A stretch of 62,864 nucleotides of DNA, taken from positions 1-62,864 of IMG/VR virus record IMGVR_UViG_2645728048_000034; one strand, written 5' to 3'. Source of the stretch: a virus (taxonomy: Duplodnaviria; Heunggongvirae; Uroviricota; Caudoviricetes). The notes beneath the pieces were generated by a model. That model worked only from the letters and a program-made list of their open reading frames with translations. It had not been told where the DNA came from and did no database searches. Made by a program: the position numbers and the translations under genes. Every line of letters begins with the position of its first letter. The first letter of the stretch is position 1. Positions 51,186-61,883 of this stretch are shown here, piece after piece.

Positions 51186-52958
51186 ATGACCATCACCACA
51201 GACACCACTCTTTTACACGACCCGCGTCGTCAGGCGGCGCTGCTGTACTGGCAGGGATTTTCCGTGCCGCAGATTGCCGCCATGTTGCAGATGAAACGCC
51301 CGACGGTGCAGAGCTGGAAACAGCGCGACGGCTGGGACAGCGTTGCCCCCATCAGCCGTGTCGAAATGAGTCTGGAAGCGCGGCTGACCCAGCTCATCAT
51401 CAAACCGCAGAAAACCGGCGGTGATTTCAAGGAAATTGACCTGCTGGGACGCCAGATTGAACGACTGGCACGGGTCAACCGCTACAGCCAGACCGGCAAC
51501 GAGGCAGACCTTAATCCGAACGTCGCTAACCGCAACAAAGGCGGGCGCCGCAAACCGAAAAAGAATTTTTTCAGTGACGAGGCCATCGAAAAGCTGGAGC
51601 AGATTTTCTTTGAGCAGTCTTTCGACTATCAGTTGCACTGGTATCGCGCCGGGCTTGAGCACCGCATCCGCGATATCCTGAAATCCCGCCAGATTGGCGC
51701 GACATTTTATTTTTCCCGCGAGGCGCTGCTGCGCGCCCTGAAAACCGGCCATAACCAGATTTTTCTGTCGGCCAGTAAAACGCAGGCGTATGTGTTCCGC
51801 GAATACATCATCGCCTTTGCCCGTCTGGTTGACGTTGACCTGACCGGTGACCCGATTGTCCTGGGCAATAACGGCGCAAAACTGATTTTTCTCGGCACCA
51901 ACTCCAACACCGCGCAGAGCCATAACGGCGACCTGTACGTCGACGAGATTTTCTGGATCCCGAATTTTCAGGTACTGCGTAAGGTGGCATCAGGTATGGC
52001 CTCACAGAGTCACCTGCGCTCGACCTATTTCTCCACCCCATCCACGCTGGCGCACGACGCCTACCCGTTCTGGTCGGGTGAACTGTTCAACCGGGGACGC
52101 GCCAGCGCCGCCGAACGCGTGGAAATCGACGTCAGTCATAACGCCCTTGCCGGTGGTCTTCTCTGTGCGGACGGCCAGTGGCGGCAGATTGTCACCATTG
52201 AGGACGCACTGAAAGGCGGCTGCACGCTGTTCGACATTGAGCAGCTCAAACGCGAAAACAGCGCCGACGATTTTAAAAACCTGTTCATGTGTGAATTTGT
52301 TGACGACAAGGCGTCGGTATTCCCGTTCGAGGAGCTGCAACGCTGCATGGTCGACACGCTGGAAGAATGGGAAGACTATGCGCCGTTTGCCGCCAATCCG
52401 TTCGGCTCCCGCCCGGTATGGATTGGTTACGACCCGTCACACCGTGGCGACAGCGCCGGATGCGTGGTGCTGGCACCGCCGGTGGTGGCCGGTGGCAAAT
52501 TCAGAATACTTGAGCGTCACCAGTGGAAAGGCATGGACTTTGCCACCCAGGCGGAATCCATCCGCAAACTCACCGAAAAATATAACGTCGAATACATCGG
52601 TATTGATGCCACCGGCCTCGGTGTCGGCGTGTTCCAGCTCGTGCGCTCGTTCTATCCCGCCGCGCGCGATATCCGCTACACGCCGGAAATGAAAACCGCA
52701 ATGGTGCTCAAGGCAAAAGACGTTATTCGCCGTGGCTGTCTGGAATATGACGTCAGCGCCACCGACATCACCAGCTCGTTTATGGCTATCCGCAAGACCA
52801 TGACCAGCAGCGGACGCAGCGCCACCTATGAGGCCAGCCGCAGCGAGGAAGCCAGCCACGCCGACCTCGCCTGGGCGACCATGCACGCCCTGTTAAATGA
52901 GCCACTCACCGCGGGTATCAGCACTCCGCTGACATCCACCATTCTGGAGTTTTACTGA
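51186..52958 (+). CDS. P: P2 P-like terminase large subunit
   Basis: 590 aa from MTITTDTTLL; divergent from O. Confidence 0.85.
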   Translation: MTITTDTTLLHDPRRQAALLYWQGFSVPQIAAMLQMKRPTVQSWKQRDGWDSVAPISRVEMSLEARLTQLIIKPQKTGGDFKEIDLLGRQIERLARVNRYSQTGNEADLNPNVANRNKGGRRKPKKNFFSDEAIEKLEQIFFEQSFDYQLHWYRAGLEHRIRDILKSRQIGATFYFSREALLRALKTGHNQIFLSASKTQAYVFREYIIAFARLVDVDLTGDPIVLGNNGAKLIFLGTNSNTAQSHNGDLYVDEIFWIPNFQVLRKVASGMASQSHLRSTYFSTPSTLAHDAYPFWSGELFNRGRASAAERVEIDVSHNALAGGLLCADGQWRQIVTIEDALKGGCTLFDIEQLKRENSADDFKNLFMCEFVDDKASVFPFEELQRCMVDTLEEWEDYAPFAANPFGSRPVWIGYDPSHRGDSAGCVVLAPPVVAGGKFRILERHQWKGMDFATQAESIRKLTEKYNVEYIGIDATGLGVGVFQLVRSFYPAARDIRYTPEMKTAMVLKAKDVIRRGCLEYDVSATDITSSFMAIRKTMTSSGRSATYEASRSEEASHADLAWATMHALLNEPLTAGISTPLTSTILEFY

Positions 52959-53992
52959 TGAGCAAGAAAAAAGGGAAAACACCGCAACCTGCGGCAAAAA
53001 AAATGACCGCCAGCACCCCGAAAATGGAGGCATTCACCTTTGGCGAGCCGGTGCCGGTACTCGACCGCCGTGACATTCTGGATTACGTCGAATGCATCAG
53101 TAACGGCAGATGGTATGAGCCACCGGTCAGCTTTACCGGTCTGGCAAAAAGCCTGCGTGCTGCCGTGCATCACAGCTCACCGATTTACGTCAAACGCAAT
53201 ATTCTGGCGTCGACATTTATCCCGCATCCGTGGCTTTCCCAGCAGGATTTCAGCCGCTTTGTGCTGGATTTTCTGGTGTTCGGTAATGCGTTTCTGGAAA
53301 AGCGTTACAGCACCACCGGTAAAGTTATCAGGCTGGAAACCTCACCGGCAAAATATACCCGCCGTGGTGTGGAAGAGGATGTTTACTGGTGGGTGCCGTC
53401 CTTCAACGAGCCGACAGCCTTCGCGCCCGGCTCCGTGTTTCACCTGCTGGAGCCGGATATTAATCAGGAGCTGTACGGCCTGCCGGAATATCTCAGCGCC
53501 CTTAACTCTGCCTGGCTGAATGAGTCGGCCACGCTGTTCCGCCGCAAGTATTACGAAAATGGCGCACATGCCGGATACATCATGTACGTCACTGATGCCG
53601 TGCAGGATCGCAACGATATCGAAATGCTTCGCGAAAACATGGTCAAGTCGAAAGGCCGCAACAACTTTAAAAATCTGTTTCTCTATGCCCCGCAGGGGAA
53701 AGCCGACGGCATTAAAATTATCCCGCTCAGTGAAGTGGCAACGAAGGACGATTTTTTTAATATCAAAAAAGCCAGCGCCGCTGACCTGCTGGACGCGCAC
53801 CGCATCCCCTTTCAGTTGATGGGCGGCAAGCCGGAGAACGTCGGGTCGCTGGGTGATATTGAGAAAGTGGCAAAGGTCTTTGTCCGCAATGAACTTATCC
53901 CGTTACAGGACAGGATTCGGGAAATAAACGGCTGGCTCGGCCAGGAGGTCATCCGCTTTAAAAACTACTCACTGGACACTGACAACGGCTGA
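52958..53992 (+). CDS. Q: P2 Q-like portal protein
   Basis: 344 aa, same as P2 Q; ATGA overlap with P. Confidence 0.85.
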   Translation: MSKKKGKTPQPAAKKMTASTPKMEAFTFGEPVPVLDRRDILDYVECISNGRWYEPPVSFTGLAKSLRAAVHHSSPIYVKRNILASTFIPHPWLSQQDFSRFVLDFLVFGNAFLEKRYSTTGKVIRLETSPAKYTRRGVEEDVYWWVPSFNEPTAFAPGSVFHLLEPDINQELYGLPEYLSALNSAWLNESATLFRRKYYENGAHAGYIMYVTDAVQDRNDIEMLRENMVKSKGRNNFKNLFLYAPQGKADGIKIIPLSEVATKDDFFNIKKASAADLLDAHRIPFQLMGGKPENVGSLGDIEKVAKVFVRNELIPLQDRIREINGWLGQEVIRFKNYSLDTDNG

Positions 53993-53996
53993 ACAT

Positions 53997-54020
53997 CGCC
54001 GCCTGCGGGCGGCTTTTTTA
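53997..54020 (+). terminator. Rho-independent terminator after Q
   Basis: gccgcc-tgc-gggcggc followed by tttttt. Confidence 0.6.
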
Positions 54021-54161
54021 CACCCCGTCATCACGCCCTCACACGCTCACCACCGCACAAAACACCCCGCAGACACACCAACGCCCCGGCGCACAATCTA
54101 AACGCCATCAAGACGCGCTCAGACGCTGAAAAAATAAAATCAGCACCACCGCCAGCGCGCA

Positions 54162-54180
54162 GTGCTTTCCCCGCCTCGCC
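54162..54180 (-). other. P2-type cos cohesive-end sequence
   Basis: + strand gtgctttccccgcctcgcc is the reverse complement of the P2 19-nt cos sequence as recalled. Confidence 0.6.
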
Positions 54181-54363
54181 CGCCCGCTTCATGGGGCGGT
54201 TTTAATGCAACCTCGTATTAAAGGGGACACCATAGCCCATCAAACCTCAGACTTCGCCCCTAGCTAACGTTTATGAATGCAATGTAATGCAACTTAATGC
54301 AAGTTATGGTAATGATAATTCTGCGTTAACAATTAAACTAATGTACCTGTAAGAGGATAAAAA

Positions 54364-56847
54364 ATGTCTGGTTTTTTCCTTGATTTAACCAAGCTTTCGC
54401 CCAGTGTAAATAGCGACACAGCGATTCCACCGCGAGATATATTTACAGCTCTACCGAGCAAAGACACCAAATTTCAATACCCTCGAGATGTGCAATCAGA
54501 GGTCTGGGAAAAATGGTATGAAGCAAGGAGAAGCCCAACCAATGTAATAAAAATGAATACCGGAAGCGGTAAAACTTCAGTTGGGTTAATCATTCTTAAA
54601 AGCTGTATAAATGAAGGAGAAGGTCCCGCTGTATATGTTGTTCCTGACAACTATCTAGTTGAGCAAGTGGTTTTGGAGGCTAATCAACTTGGTATACCTG
54701 TAACTCAGGATGAGAGGTCCCCCAAATTTATTGCAGGTAAAGAAATTTTAGTTACAAATATATTCAAAGTGGTTAATGGACGTTCTGCATTTGGCGTTGG
54801 AGATGATGGACAAAAAATACCAATAGGCTCTATAATAATTGACGATGCTCACGCTTGCCTTTCTTCAATTGAAGAACAATTCTCCATTAGCATTCAAAAA
54901 AATAACCCTGCCTATGATAAATTATTCAGAATTTTTGAAAATTCACTAATGACACAAGCTGGTGCAAAAACACTAGAGATAAAATCCGGCGATAGAAATG
55001 CTTATGTGAGAGTTCCATTTTGGAAATGGCAAGAAAGCATAAATGATATAATGACAATCTTGTTAGAAAATAAAGACCATGATGACTTGAGTTTCAAATG
55101 GCCATTAATAAAAGACAATCTAATATTATCGAAATGCGTTGTAAGTGCTTCCAAAATAGAGATATCACCTCATTGCATACCAATCCAAATGATCCCAAGC
55201 CTATCAAACGCAAGAAGAAAAATATTCATGACAGCTACTCTTGTCGATGAATCCATTCTAGCGAGCCACTTCGGAATAACGGATGAATCACTCTCTAATC
55301 CGATAACACCAAAAACAATTGGTGATATTGGTGATAGAATGATACTAATGCCTCAGGTTATAAACCCTAGTCTTTCTGATGTAGATATCAAAGCTATGTG
55401 CAAGGAGATATCCTCCAAACATAATGTTGTTGTAATTGTACCATCCGATTACAGAACTAGATTTTGGCAAGATGTTGCAGACAGAATATTAGATAAAAAT
55501 ACAATTTATCAAGGTGTACAAGAATTAAGGACACAACATGTTGGCTTAGTAGTCCTAGTTAATAGATATGATGGTATTGATTTACCAAATACCGCATGTC
55601 GTCTATTAGTAATAGATGGACTTCCTGACGTTCGTAGACTAATAGATAAAGTCTCACAAAGCTTATTGCTTGGAAGCGAAAAAACCAAAGATGAAATTAT
55701 CCAGAAAATTGAACAAGGAATGGGGCGAGGAGTGAGATCAAGCGACGACTTCTGCGGAGTGATCTTACTTGGCAAAGCATTAAATGGCGCTGTTTTCCTT
55801 GGCTCCTCCTTAGAAAGGTTTTCTCCAGCAACGAAAGCACAAATTCAACTTTCACAGCAATTGGTATCGATACTGCCGGATACAACTATTGATTCAATCA
55901 AAGGTGCTCTTGATTATTGTCTGTTACGCAATTCTGACTGGGTCTCAAAAAGCAAAGGTATATTGACTGGCTTAACATTGGAAAATAAGCAGATTGACCA
56001 GCATACTATAAACAAAAGATTGGCATATGACTTAGCATCACGAAATATGTTTCAACAAGCCGCTTTAACTCTAAAAAATGATAGTAGCACAGCTGACAAA
56101 GTTTATAAGGGTTATCTAAAAGAACATGCTGCGGAATATGTAAACTTATATGACAAATCTGAAGCTCAGATATTGCTTCAGTCTGCATCAAACGATAACT
56201 ATCGGGTATTAAAACCACTAATCGGCGTAACATATAATAGACTTAATGGTGCGGCACTTGAACAGGCTAGGGAATGTAGCTCCTATCTCAGAAGTAATTT
56301 TGAATCGGCGAATCAAGTCGTTGTGCATACTAATTCAATAATAGAAAACCTTATTTTCTCCGAGGGCACATCGAATCCCTTCGAAGATGCTATCGAAAAA
56401 GTTGCATATTTGGTCGGTTTTCGTAGCCAACGGCCAGAAAATGATACAGGTAAAGGACCTGACAATTTATGGGCAATGGGAGAAAACAATTATCTAGTAA
56501 TTGAATGCAAAAATGGAGCAACCGCAGAAAGAATAAGTAAGCATGACTGCAATCAGTTAAATGGGTCGGGTGCATGGTTCAGAAACATGTATGATCAAAC
56601 TGCTACCGCCACACCTATAATGATACATCACTCTAACATGCCTGAATATGCCGCAACACTAAACGAAGGGTCTCGAATAATGACCATAAATGATCTTGAA
56701 CGTTTTAAAGCATCTATCCTCAGTTTTATCACGGCCATTTGTACAAGTGATAAACGACACGATGAGATATTTATAAGAGAACAATTGATTACATGTAAAT
56801 TACGTGCATCAGACATAGTTGAAACCTATACGCGAAATCCTCGTTAA
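54364..56847 (+). CDS. SF2 (DExH-like) helicase fused to C-terminal PD-(D/E)xK-like nuclease domain; candidate anti-phage gene
   Basis: 827 aa; Walker A GSGKT (aa 67-71), motif II DDAH (160-163), FMTATL, QGMGRGVR; C-terminal GPD(699-700)...VIECK(714-716); AT-rich; between A and cos. Confidence 0.7.
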   Translation: MSGFFLDLTKLSPSVNSDTAIPPRDIFTALPSKDTKFQYPRDVQSEVWEKWYEARRSPTNVIKMNTGSGKTSVGLIILKSCINEGEGPAVYVVPDNYLVEQVVLEANQLGIPVTQDERSPKFIAGKEILVTNIFKVVNGRSAFGVGDDGQKIPIGSIIIDDAHACLSSIEEQFSISIQKNNPAYDKLFRIFENSLMTQAGAKTLEIKSGDRNAYVRVPFWKWQESINDIMTILLENKDHDDLSFKWPLIKDNLILSKCVVSASKIEISPHCIPIQMIPSLSNARRKIFMTATLVDESILASHFGITDESLSNPITPKTIGDIGDRMILMPQVINPSLSDVDIKAMCKEISSKHNVVVIVPSDYRTRFWQDVADRILDKNTIYQGVQELRTQHVGLVVLVNRYDGIDLPNTACRLLVIDGLPDVRRLIDKVSQSLLLGSEKTKDEIIQKIEQGMGRGVRSSDDFCGVILLGKALNGAVFLGSSLERFSPATKAQIQLSQQLVSILPDTTIDSIKGALDYCLLRNSDWVSKSKGILTGLTLENKQIDQHTINKRLAYDLASRNMFQQAALTLKNDSSTADKVYKGYLKEHAAEYVNLYDKSEAQILLQSASNDNYRVLKPLIGVTYNRLNGAALEQARECSSYLRSNFESANQVVVHTNSIIENLIFSEGTSNPFEDAIEKVAYLVGFRSQRPENDTGKGPDNLWAMGENNYLVIECKNGATAERISKHDCNQLNGSGAWFRNMYDQTATATPIMIHHSNMPEYAATLNEGSRIMTINDLERFKASILSFITAICTSDKRHDEIFIREQLITCKLRASDIVETYTRNPR

Positions 56848-56856
56848 ACAGTAAAA

Positions 56857-56885
56857 GACCACCTCCTAAGGAGGTGGTCCTTGTA
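56857..56885 (+). terminator. Stem-loop terminator after helicase-nuclease gene
   Basis: Perfect 10-bp stem gaccacctcc-taa-ggaggtggtc. Confidence 0.5.
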
Positions 56886-57087
56886 TGATAAAAAGAACCA
56901 GTTTTTATTGTTAATAATACAATTCTCGAATTTCAACATAGACTTATTGTACCACCAGTAAAATCATCAATATTAATATATAGAAAAAAAAGAAATGTCG
57001 ATTATTTGTACGTAGCGTAATCATATTAACATATACAGATAAACAGCAACCTTACCATTATGCAACCAATCTAAAACATTATATTTA

Positions 57088-59367
57088 TTACTCTGAATAA
57101 CCAGAAAACCCACTCCACTCATCTACACCAGGATATGAAAATTGCTTTTCATTGTAATTGACGATCGCACCGCGTACTAACGCCTCAAGCTCCCATCGCT
57201 GCGGCCTGATACCGTTTTGAGCAAGGTCAACGCGGATACGGGTGATTTGCATTCGTTCCGACCTGGTCAGTCTGGCCGATGGTGCAATTTCATGTGGTTT
57301 TAACGGGCTTCCGTTTCTTTGCTGACGACTTGGCGTTCTCCGACCGTGTTTTAATGCACCCCTGAGCGCCCTCACCACCTCCGGGTCATTCCATTCGATA
57401 ACACCGTCATCAACCAGATTAAGCACTGCTGCGGCATGCTCAGAAGGTGTGGGAGCCGGTAACGAAGTATCACCACCGGTGAGCTTTCCACAGTTATTGA
57501 CAGGACTCCGAGGCGCGGCGATGCCGCTTTTTAAAGTCAAAGGCTCAACGACCGGAACTTTCGGCACAATGCGCCAGTCCGTCGTTCTGGTGATATGAAT
57601 ATGACGCGCGCCGAGATGCGGCGCGTAAATGCCGACCACCCTCTCGACCTCTTCCTCGTACTCGTTAACGTCATCCGACGGGCTACGGGCGACCCTGACA
57701 GTCTGACAATCGCGCGGGACATTTGCCCCACCCTGCGCGCTGATATACAACGCAAAATCACCACTGTCTGCGGCGGCGCGTGCAGCCTCGACGCGCTCGT
57801 CAAACTCATCAGCAATGCTGACGCCGCGCGGCAATTTGCGTAGTTCACGGTAAGCCCCCATTGTCGGCAGACCAACCGTTTTAAATTGCGGGATGCGCCA
57901 CGTTGACGCCCATGCGGTAACAGCCGCAGCAGTGTCTTTCAGCGGCCTGCCGGTATCGTTATCGAGCTGACCATCCAGTGCATAGCCGTCGATGTTTTTT
58001 GAGATGTATTTCGCGATATACCCCGCAGCACCGCCCCGGTTAAGGTGTTTTGCCTGAAAACGGTTTCGCGCGGCTCCTCTTTCGTCGCCATCCTCTTTGA
58101 GCGCATAGCGACGCATGATTTCGATAATCTGGTTACGCTGGCGCGGATTACAAAAAAGCATCATATGCCAGTGCGGCGTTCCGTCGTGGTGTGGCTCGAC
58201 GACACGCAAACCGTAGACCTGTAAATCATTATCCTTGAATGCCGTGCGCATCAGGCTCCAGATACGGCAGAGATAACGCTGCGCATCCTTTGGATTAAAT
58301 GCCTCATCGTTCCAGCCGTGATTTAGCTGGACGGTTTTACTTTCGCCTTTTCTGACCTGACGTGTCGGGTGATACTTTGACGGCGCGGTCAGCGTGATAA
58401 ACATCCCCACATCACCCTCTGCTGCGGCGTAACGCTCAATACCGGCAATGGTGTTCATCAGCTCCATCCGGCGAATTTCAGGATTAGAAATACTGCCCAT
58501 CACCTTACTGATAAGGTCGATGCGCTCGCCGGTTTCCCTGTTTTCGAGATCACACGATTTAAGAAATTCCAGATTTGCCTGGCGGCGTGCACGCACATCA
58601 CGAATGGCATGTTTACTGGCATAAGGAGAACGGTCTTTATTGACCTCCCCGACAGCAATCAGTAACGCCTCATGCCAGCGCATACGCTGGCCTTTAAGCT
58701 GATGGGTCCACCACTCATCGTTAAACAGACGGGCAACGGCAGAATATGCCTGCCTCGTGGTCATCTGCCCTTTACGGTATTTTTTCCAGTAGAGAGGGGA
58801 AATATTGAAAGCACGTGCAGCACCAGCAACATGACCATAGAGGTGAGCCTGCGCCTCATCCGTAAACAGCGATTCTTTTTCGCCATGCGCATCCACCCAG
58901 GCATCGCAGAGTTCCTCATACATCATGAAAAGCTGCGATGAGATACGGGCGGCAAACTTTTTCAGCTCCTTGTCATTCATCCCCGGCAGACGCGCATAAT
59001 GGTCACGCTCTGCCAGAAACAGCAACGACGCGTCGGTGTTCATTTCATGGCGCTGATTCACACGCTCAATGCGCGGCCATAAACGACGCTGAAAAGTGGA
59101 TGTGAGAAAATAAAACCCGTGCACCGGGCTTTTATTGCGCCGGATGTAGTCATAGCGTGAAGTAAACAGCGAGCGCAAAAAGTAAGGCAGGCGGTTAATC
59201 GTGGATAAAACACCTTGCACCTGACGCATCTCGTCACGTGTAAGGGGTCTTTCGCGCCCGACAGCCTCGCGTGGCGCGTTCCATGCATAAGCACCGGTAA
59301 ACGCCTTACCGGTGCCTGCGGCAAATGCTGACGGAGGGACAAAACGCCCGGAGGCTTTAACGGCCAT
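57088..59367 (-). CDS. A: P2 A-like replication initiation endonuclease (rolling-circle Rep)
   Basis: HUH motif EPHHDGTPHWHMMLF; about 760 aa from MAVKASGRF. Confidence 0.85.
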   Translation of the reverse strand: MAVKASGRFVPPSAFAAGTGKAFTGAYAWNAPREAVGRERPLTRDEMRQVQGVLSTINRLPYFLRSLFTSRYDYIRRNKSPVHGFYFLTSTFQRRLWPRIERVNQRHEMNTDASLLFLAERDHYARLPGMNDKELKKFAARISSQLFMMYEELCDAWVDAHGEKESLFTDEAQAHLYGHVAGAARAFNISPLYWKKYRKGQMTTRQAYSAVARLFNDEWWTHQLKGQRMRWHEALLIAVGEVNKDRSPYASKHAIRDVRARRQANLEFLKSCDLENRETGERIDLISKVMGSISNPEIRRMELMNTIAGIERYAAAEGDVGMFITLTAPSKYHPTRQVRKGESKTVQLNHGWNDEAFNPKDAQRYLCRIWSLMRTAFKDNDLQVYGLRVVEPHHDGTPHWHMMLFCNPRQRNQIIEIMRRYALKEDGDERGAARNRFQAKHLNRGGAAGYIAKYISKNIDGYALDGQLDNDTGRPLKDTAAAVTAWASTWRIPQFKTVGLPTMGAYRELRKLPRGVSIADEFDERVEAARAAADSGDFALYISAQGGANVPRDCQTVRVARSPSDDVNEYEEEVERVVGIYAPHLGARHIHITRTTDWRIVPKVPVVEPLTLKSGIAAPRSPVNNCGKLTGGDTSLPAPTPSEHAAAVLNLVDDGVIEWNDPEVVRALRGALKHGRRTPSRQQRNGSPLKPHEIAPSARLTRSERMQITRIRVDLAQNGIRPQRWELEALVRGAIVNYNEKQFSYPGVDEWSGFSGYSE

Positions 59368-59632
59368 ATGAGCCAAAAGCCTCTGAACAACGCTTGCTGA
59401 GTTGCTCAACCTGCACGTTTAAATCAGCAAAAGACTTTGCGCTTCCGGTCAGAATATCGTGATGCATCAGGCCGGAAACGAGCTGGCTTAATTTCGGGTA
59501 ATAACCAACCACCGACAGCCATTCCTGACCGGCGTTTTTACCGCTTTCCGCTCTCTTTTTCTCGTGGAGAATAAACTGAAAGCTGTCACTGGTAACGACA
59601 TAACGTTCGCCAATTTCAATACGAATACTCAT
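59357..59632 (-). CDS. Hypothetical P2 early-region protein
   Basis: 91-aa ORF upstream of A. Confidence 0.45.
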   Translation of the reverse strand: MSIRIEIGERYVVTSDSFQFILHEKKRAESGKNAGQEWLSVVGYYPKLSQLVSGLMHHDILTGSAKSFADLNVQVEQLSKRCSEAFGSYGR

Positions 59633-59853
59633 GCCGTTCTCCGGTAATGTTTGTTTTTTGCTTCAAAGACTGACTGACAGGAAACACAACGCGTGGCTGA
59701 CGGATAAGCCGCACGACGGGCAGCAGGTATTGGCGCGTCACACTCTTCGCAAACCAGCGCAGAAGCACCGCAATGTTTTACCCTTGCCGCGTTAATCTGG
59801 CGCTCCAGTAATTCAGTCTGTTGTTCCTGAATAAAATCTACGTTGTCCGGCAT
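59629..59853 (-). CDS. DksA/TraR-family C4 zinc-finger protein
   Basis: CEECDAPIP...CVSCQ four-Cys motif. Confidence 0.6.
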   Translation of the reverse strand: MPDNVDFIQEQQTELLERQINAARVKHCGASALVCEECDAPIPAARRAAYPSATRCVSCQSVFEAKNKHYRRTA

Positions 59854-59855
59854 TA

Positions 59856-60158
59856 TCAGCTCCTTTTATCGTTAAGTTTCCTGGATACATCAGCGCAATA
59901 ACTGGCAAGTTCTGTCGTTAATTTTGTCAGTTCATCCACGGAGGAAATTTGCTTGTGGAATACAGCGCGTTTAACAAGTAAATTGACCACATCAGACAGG
60001 AGGTTTAATTCATTCTGATAAATCGCGATAACAGATTCAGTTATGTCGCGTTTTTCTTTATCAAGACAAAGTTGAATAAGAGACAAATCACCATTTTCCA
60101 TAACGGCGATTTTTAAGGCGTTATTCAGTAATACAACTGAATGAGAACAGGACATCAA
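59856..60158 (-). CDS. Hypothetical P2 early-region protein
   Basis: 100-aa ORF in operon with B and A. Confidence 0.45.
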   Translation of the reverse strand: MMSCSHSVVLLNNALKIAVMENGDLSLIQLCLDKEKRDITESVIAIYQNELNLLSDVVNLLVKRAVFHKQISSVDELTKLTTELASYCADVSRKLNDKRS

Positions 60159-60379
60159 AGCACCTCCCCGCGAGACAATCCGATATTGTGAAATTTTTCC
60201 GACTCCTGACTGAGCAGCTCGACTATCTCCACGCGGGATAACTCCGCCTTTGTTATGTGGCGAATCATGGCGTCAAGATGAGAAGAAAAGCGCGTCGCAG
60301 CGTCGGCCTGTGCTTCGGTTCTGGCCTGTTGCAGCAGTAATGCGTATTTACCGCACTGATTTTCAGAAACTGTATGCAT
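60155..60379 (-). CDS. Hypothetical P2 early-region protein
   Basis: 74-aa ORF. Confidence 0.45.
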   Translation of the reverse strand: MHTVSENQCGKYALLLQQARTEAQADAATRFSSHLDAMIRHITKAELSRVEIVELLSQESEKFHNIGLSRGEVL

Positions 60380-60442
60380 GACTTTCTCCAGGCAAAAAGA
60401 AGCCCCGCACGATTAAGTGCGTTAAAAACTCTGGTTAATTAC

Positions 60443-60949
60443 TTAATGCAGATATTGCTCTGGTTTTACCGACGTCAGAATTGTCGGTGCATACTCAAAC
60501 AGACTGAATAATTCACGTAATGCACGGAATAAAGCATCACGCCAGTAACATGACTCTTCATTAATTCGCCAGTATGGCTGGTTGAATTCTTTTTCAGTCA
60601 ATCCGGCATGCATAAATAAAGTACGACGCTGACTGACTGTTAAAAAACTAATATATGCATACTCACTTGCGCCAACCTGACGGCGTTTTGAGAATGCCCC
60701 ACGCAATTCATCAATTGCACAAACCAGCCGTTCACGTTCGACGTCGTTCATTTCTTCAAAACGCATCGTTGCGTGACGTTGTTTTAACTGCGCATGAAAG
60801 CAAACTGTTAGCCGTTCGCGCTCCATCATCTGATTATAATAATCACATGTATCCTGCCAGCGAGGGACGGCCAGATGCTTACCAATTATCCGGCGCATAG
60901 CTGCTGGCTGTTTTTCAACGAGATTGAGCGTCATCACTGTCATTTCCAT
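60443..60949 (-). CDS. B: P2 B-like replication protein
   Basis: 168 aa (P2 B 166 aa), position between cox and A. Confidence 0.6.
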   Translation of the reverse strand: MEMTVMTLNLVEKQPAAMRRIIGKHLAVPRWQDTCDYYNQMMERERLTVCFHAQLKQRHATMRFEEMNDVERERLVCAIDELRGAFSKRRQVGASEYAYISFLTVSQRRTLFMHAGLTEKEFNQPYWRINEESCYWRDALFRALRELFSLFEYAPTILTSVKPEQYLH

Positions 60950-61137
60950 ACCCTCCGGCTTTTCAGAAAGGTCAGAGCCTTTTTTAACGGACTCTGTTTT
61001 TTGGTGCGGATAATGATTCCCTTGCGTCCCTTCCCGTGGGTGATGGTGAAGTCAATCGCCCTGGGGCTTTCGTTACGCAGTAACTGAGCAATACAACGCG
61101 GTTCATTCATAATCACAACCCCATCCACAAAAGCCAT
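60940..61137 (-). CDS. Hypothetical protein (P2 orf78 position)
   Basis: 65-aa ORF between cox and B. Confidence 0.35.
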   Translation of the reverse strand: MAFVDGVVIMNEPRCIAQLLRNESPRAIDFTITHGKGRKGIIIRTKKQSPLKKALTFLKSRRVWK

Positions 61138-61385
61138 GCATCACGCTGTTCAACCGGTCGGTTATAAAACGCCTCACGTACAGCGCGATTAAACTCTGGA
61201 ATGAAAACCCATTTCTCACCGGCGCGGGCCTTCGGCTTATTTGGATCTCGAAGCTCGATAACCGGTAGCTTGTTAGCCTTTATCATTTCTGTAACTGCGG
61301 TTTTTGGTTTACCCAATAAATCTGCAAACTTTTCCGCATGTACCGCATCAAGCGGGTACTTAATCACATAATCATTAACTTCCAT
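61113..61385 (-). CDS. cox: P2 Cox-like excisionase/regulator
   Basis: 90 aa; divergent from C repressor. Confidence 0.65.
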   Translation of the reverse strand: MEVNDYVIKYPLDAVHAEKFADLLGKPKTAVTEMIKANKLPVIELRDPNKPKARAGEKWVFIPEFNRAVREAFYNRPVEQRDAWLLWMGL

Positions 61386-61520
61386 CTATGTTACCCTCAT
61401 AGGATCCAGCCCCTTAAAAACCGCTTGGAACCGTTTAAGCGGCGCTGGACTCACGCCCGAAAAGGTTCTGGATTAATGACCTTTTCGGGGAATATAGTCA
61501 TTAAGTCAGGACTATGTCAA

Positions 61521-61814
61521 ATGAATATCGCACAGAAATTAAGAGCAATAAGACAATCGGAAGGGCTAACTCAAGCAAAATTCAGTGAAATCAGCGGCAT
61601 AGCGTTAGGAACGCTAAAGAATTACGAAGGAGGCCATCAAGACCCTGGCATCCAAGTTGTGTTGCAGGTCACCAATGCACCTCAGTTCCAAAAATACACA
61701 CTATGGCTCATGACAGATAAAACAGCGCCGGAAGCGGGACAAATCGCACCGGCTCTCGCGCACAGTGGGCCAGAGTCAACAGAATCCAACCACTCCGCGA
61801 AAAGGATTGGCTAA
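61521..61814 (+). CDS. C: P2 C-like immunity repressor
   Basis: 97 aa from MNIAQKLRAIRQSEGLTQ...; C-terminal ...QFQKYTLWLMTDKTAPEAGQIAPALAH matches P2 C as recalled. Confidence 0.7.
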   Translation: MNIAQKLRAIRQSEGLTQAKFSEISGIALGTLKNYEGGHQDPGIQVVLQVTNAPQFQKYTLWLMTDKTAPEAGQIAPALAHSGPESTESNHSAKRIG

Positions 61815-61883
61815 CTCTATATAAAAATTACATTTTCACCATTTGCCACCAAGATGGTGAATACAGCGCCGGAGGGCTTTCTT

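Noticed and set aside
54364-56847. Type III restriction-modification system
   Set aside because: Only a Res-like helicase-nuclease ORF is present; no Mod methyltransferase in or near the hotspot.
59629-59853. Ogr late activator candidate
   Set aside because: The four-Cys protein has DksA/TraR-type spacing and sits in the early operon, not the Ogr position near D/attR.
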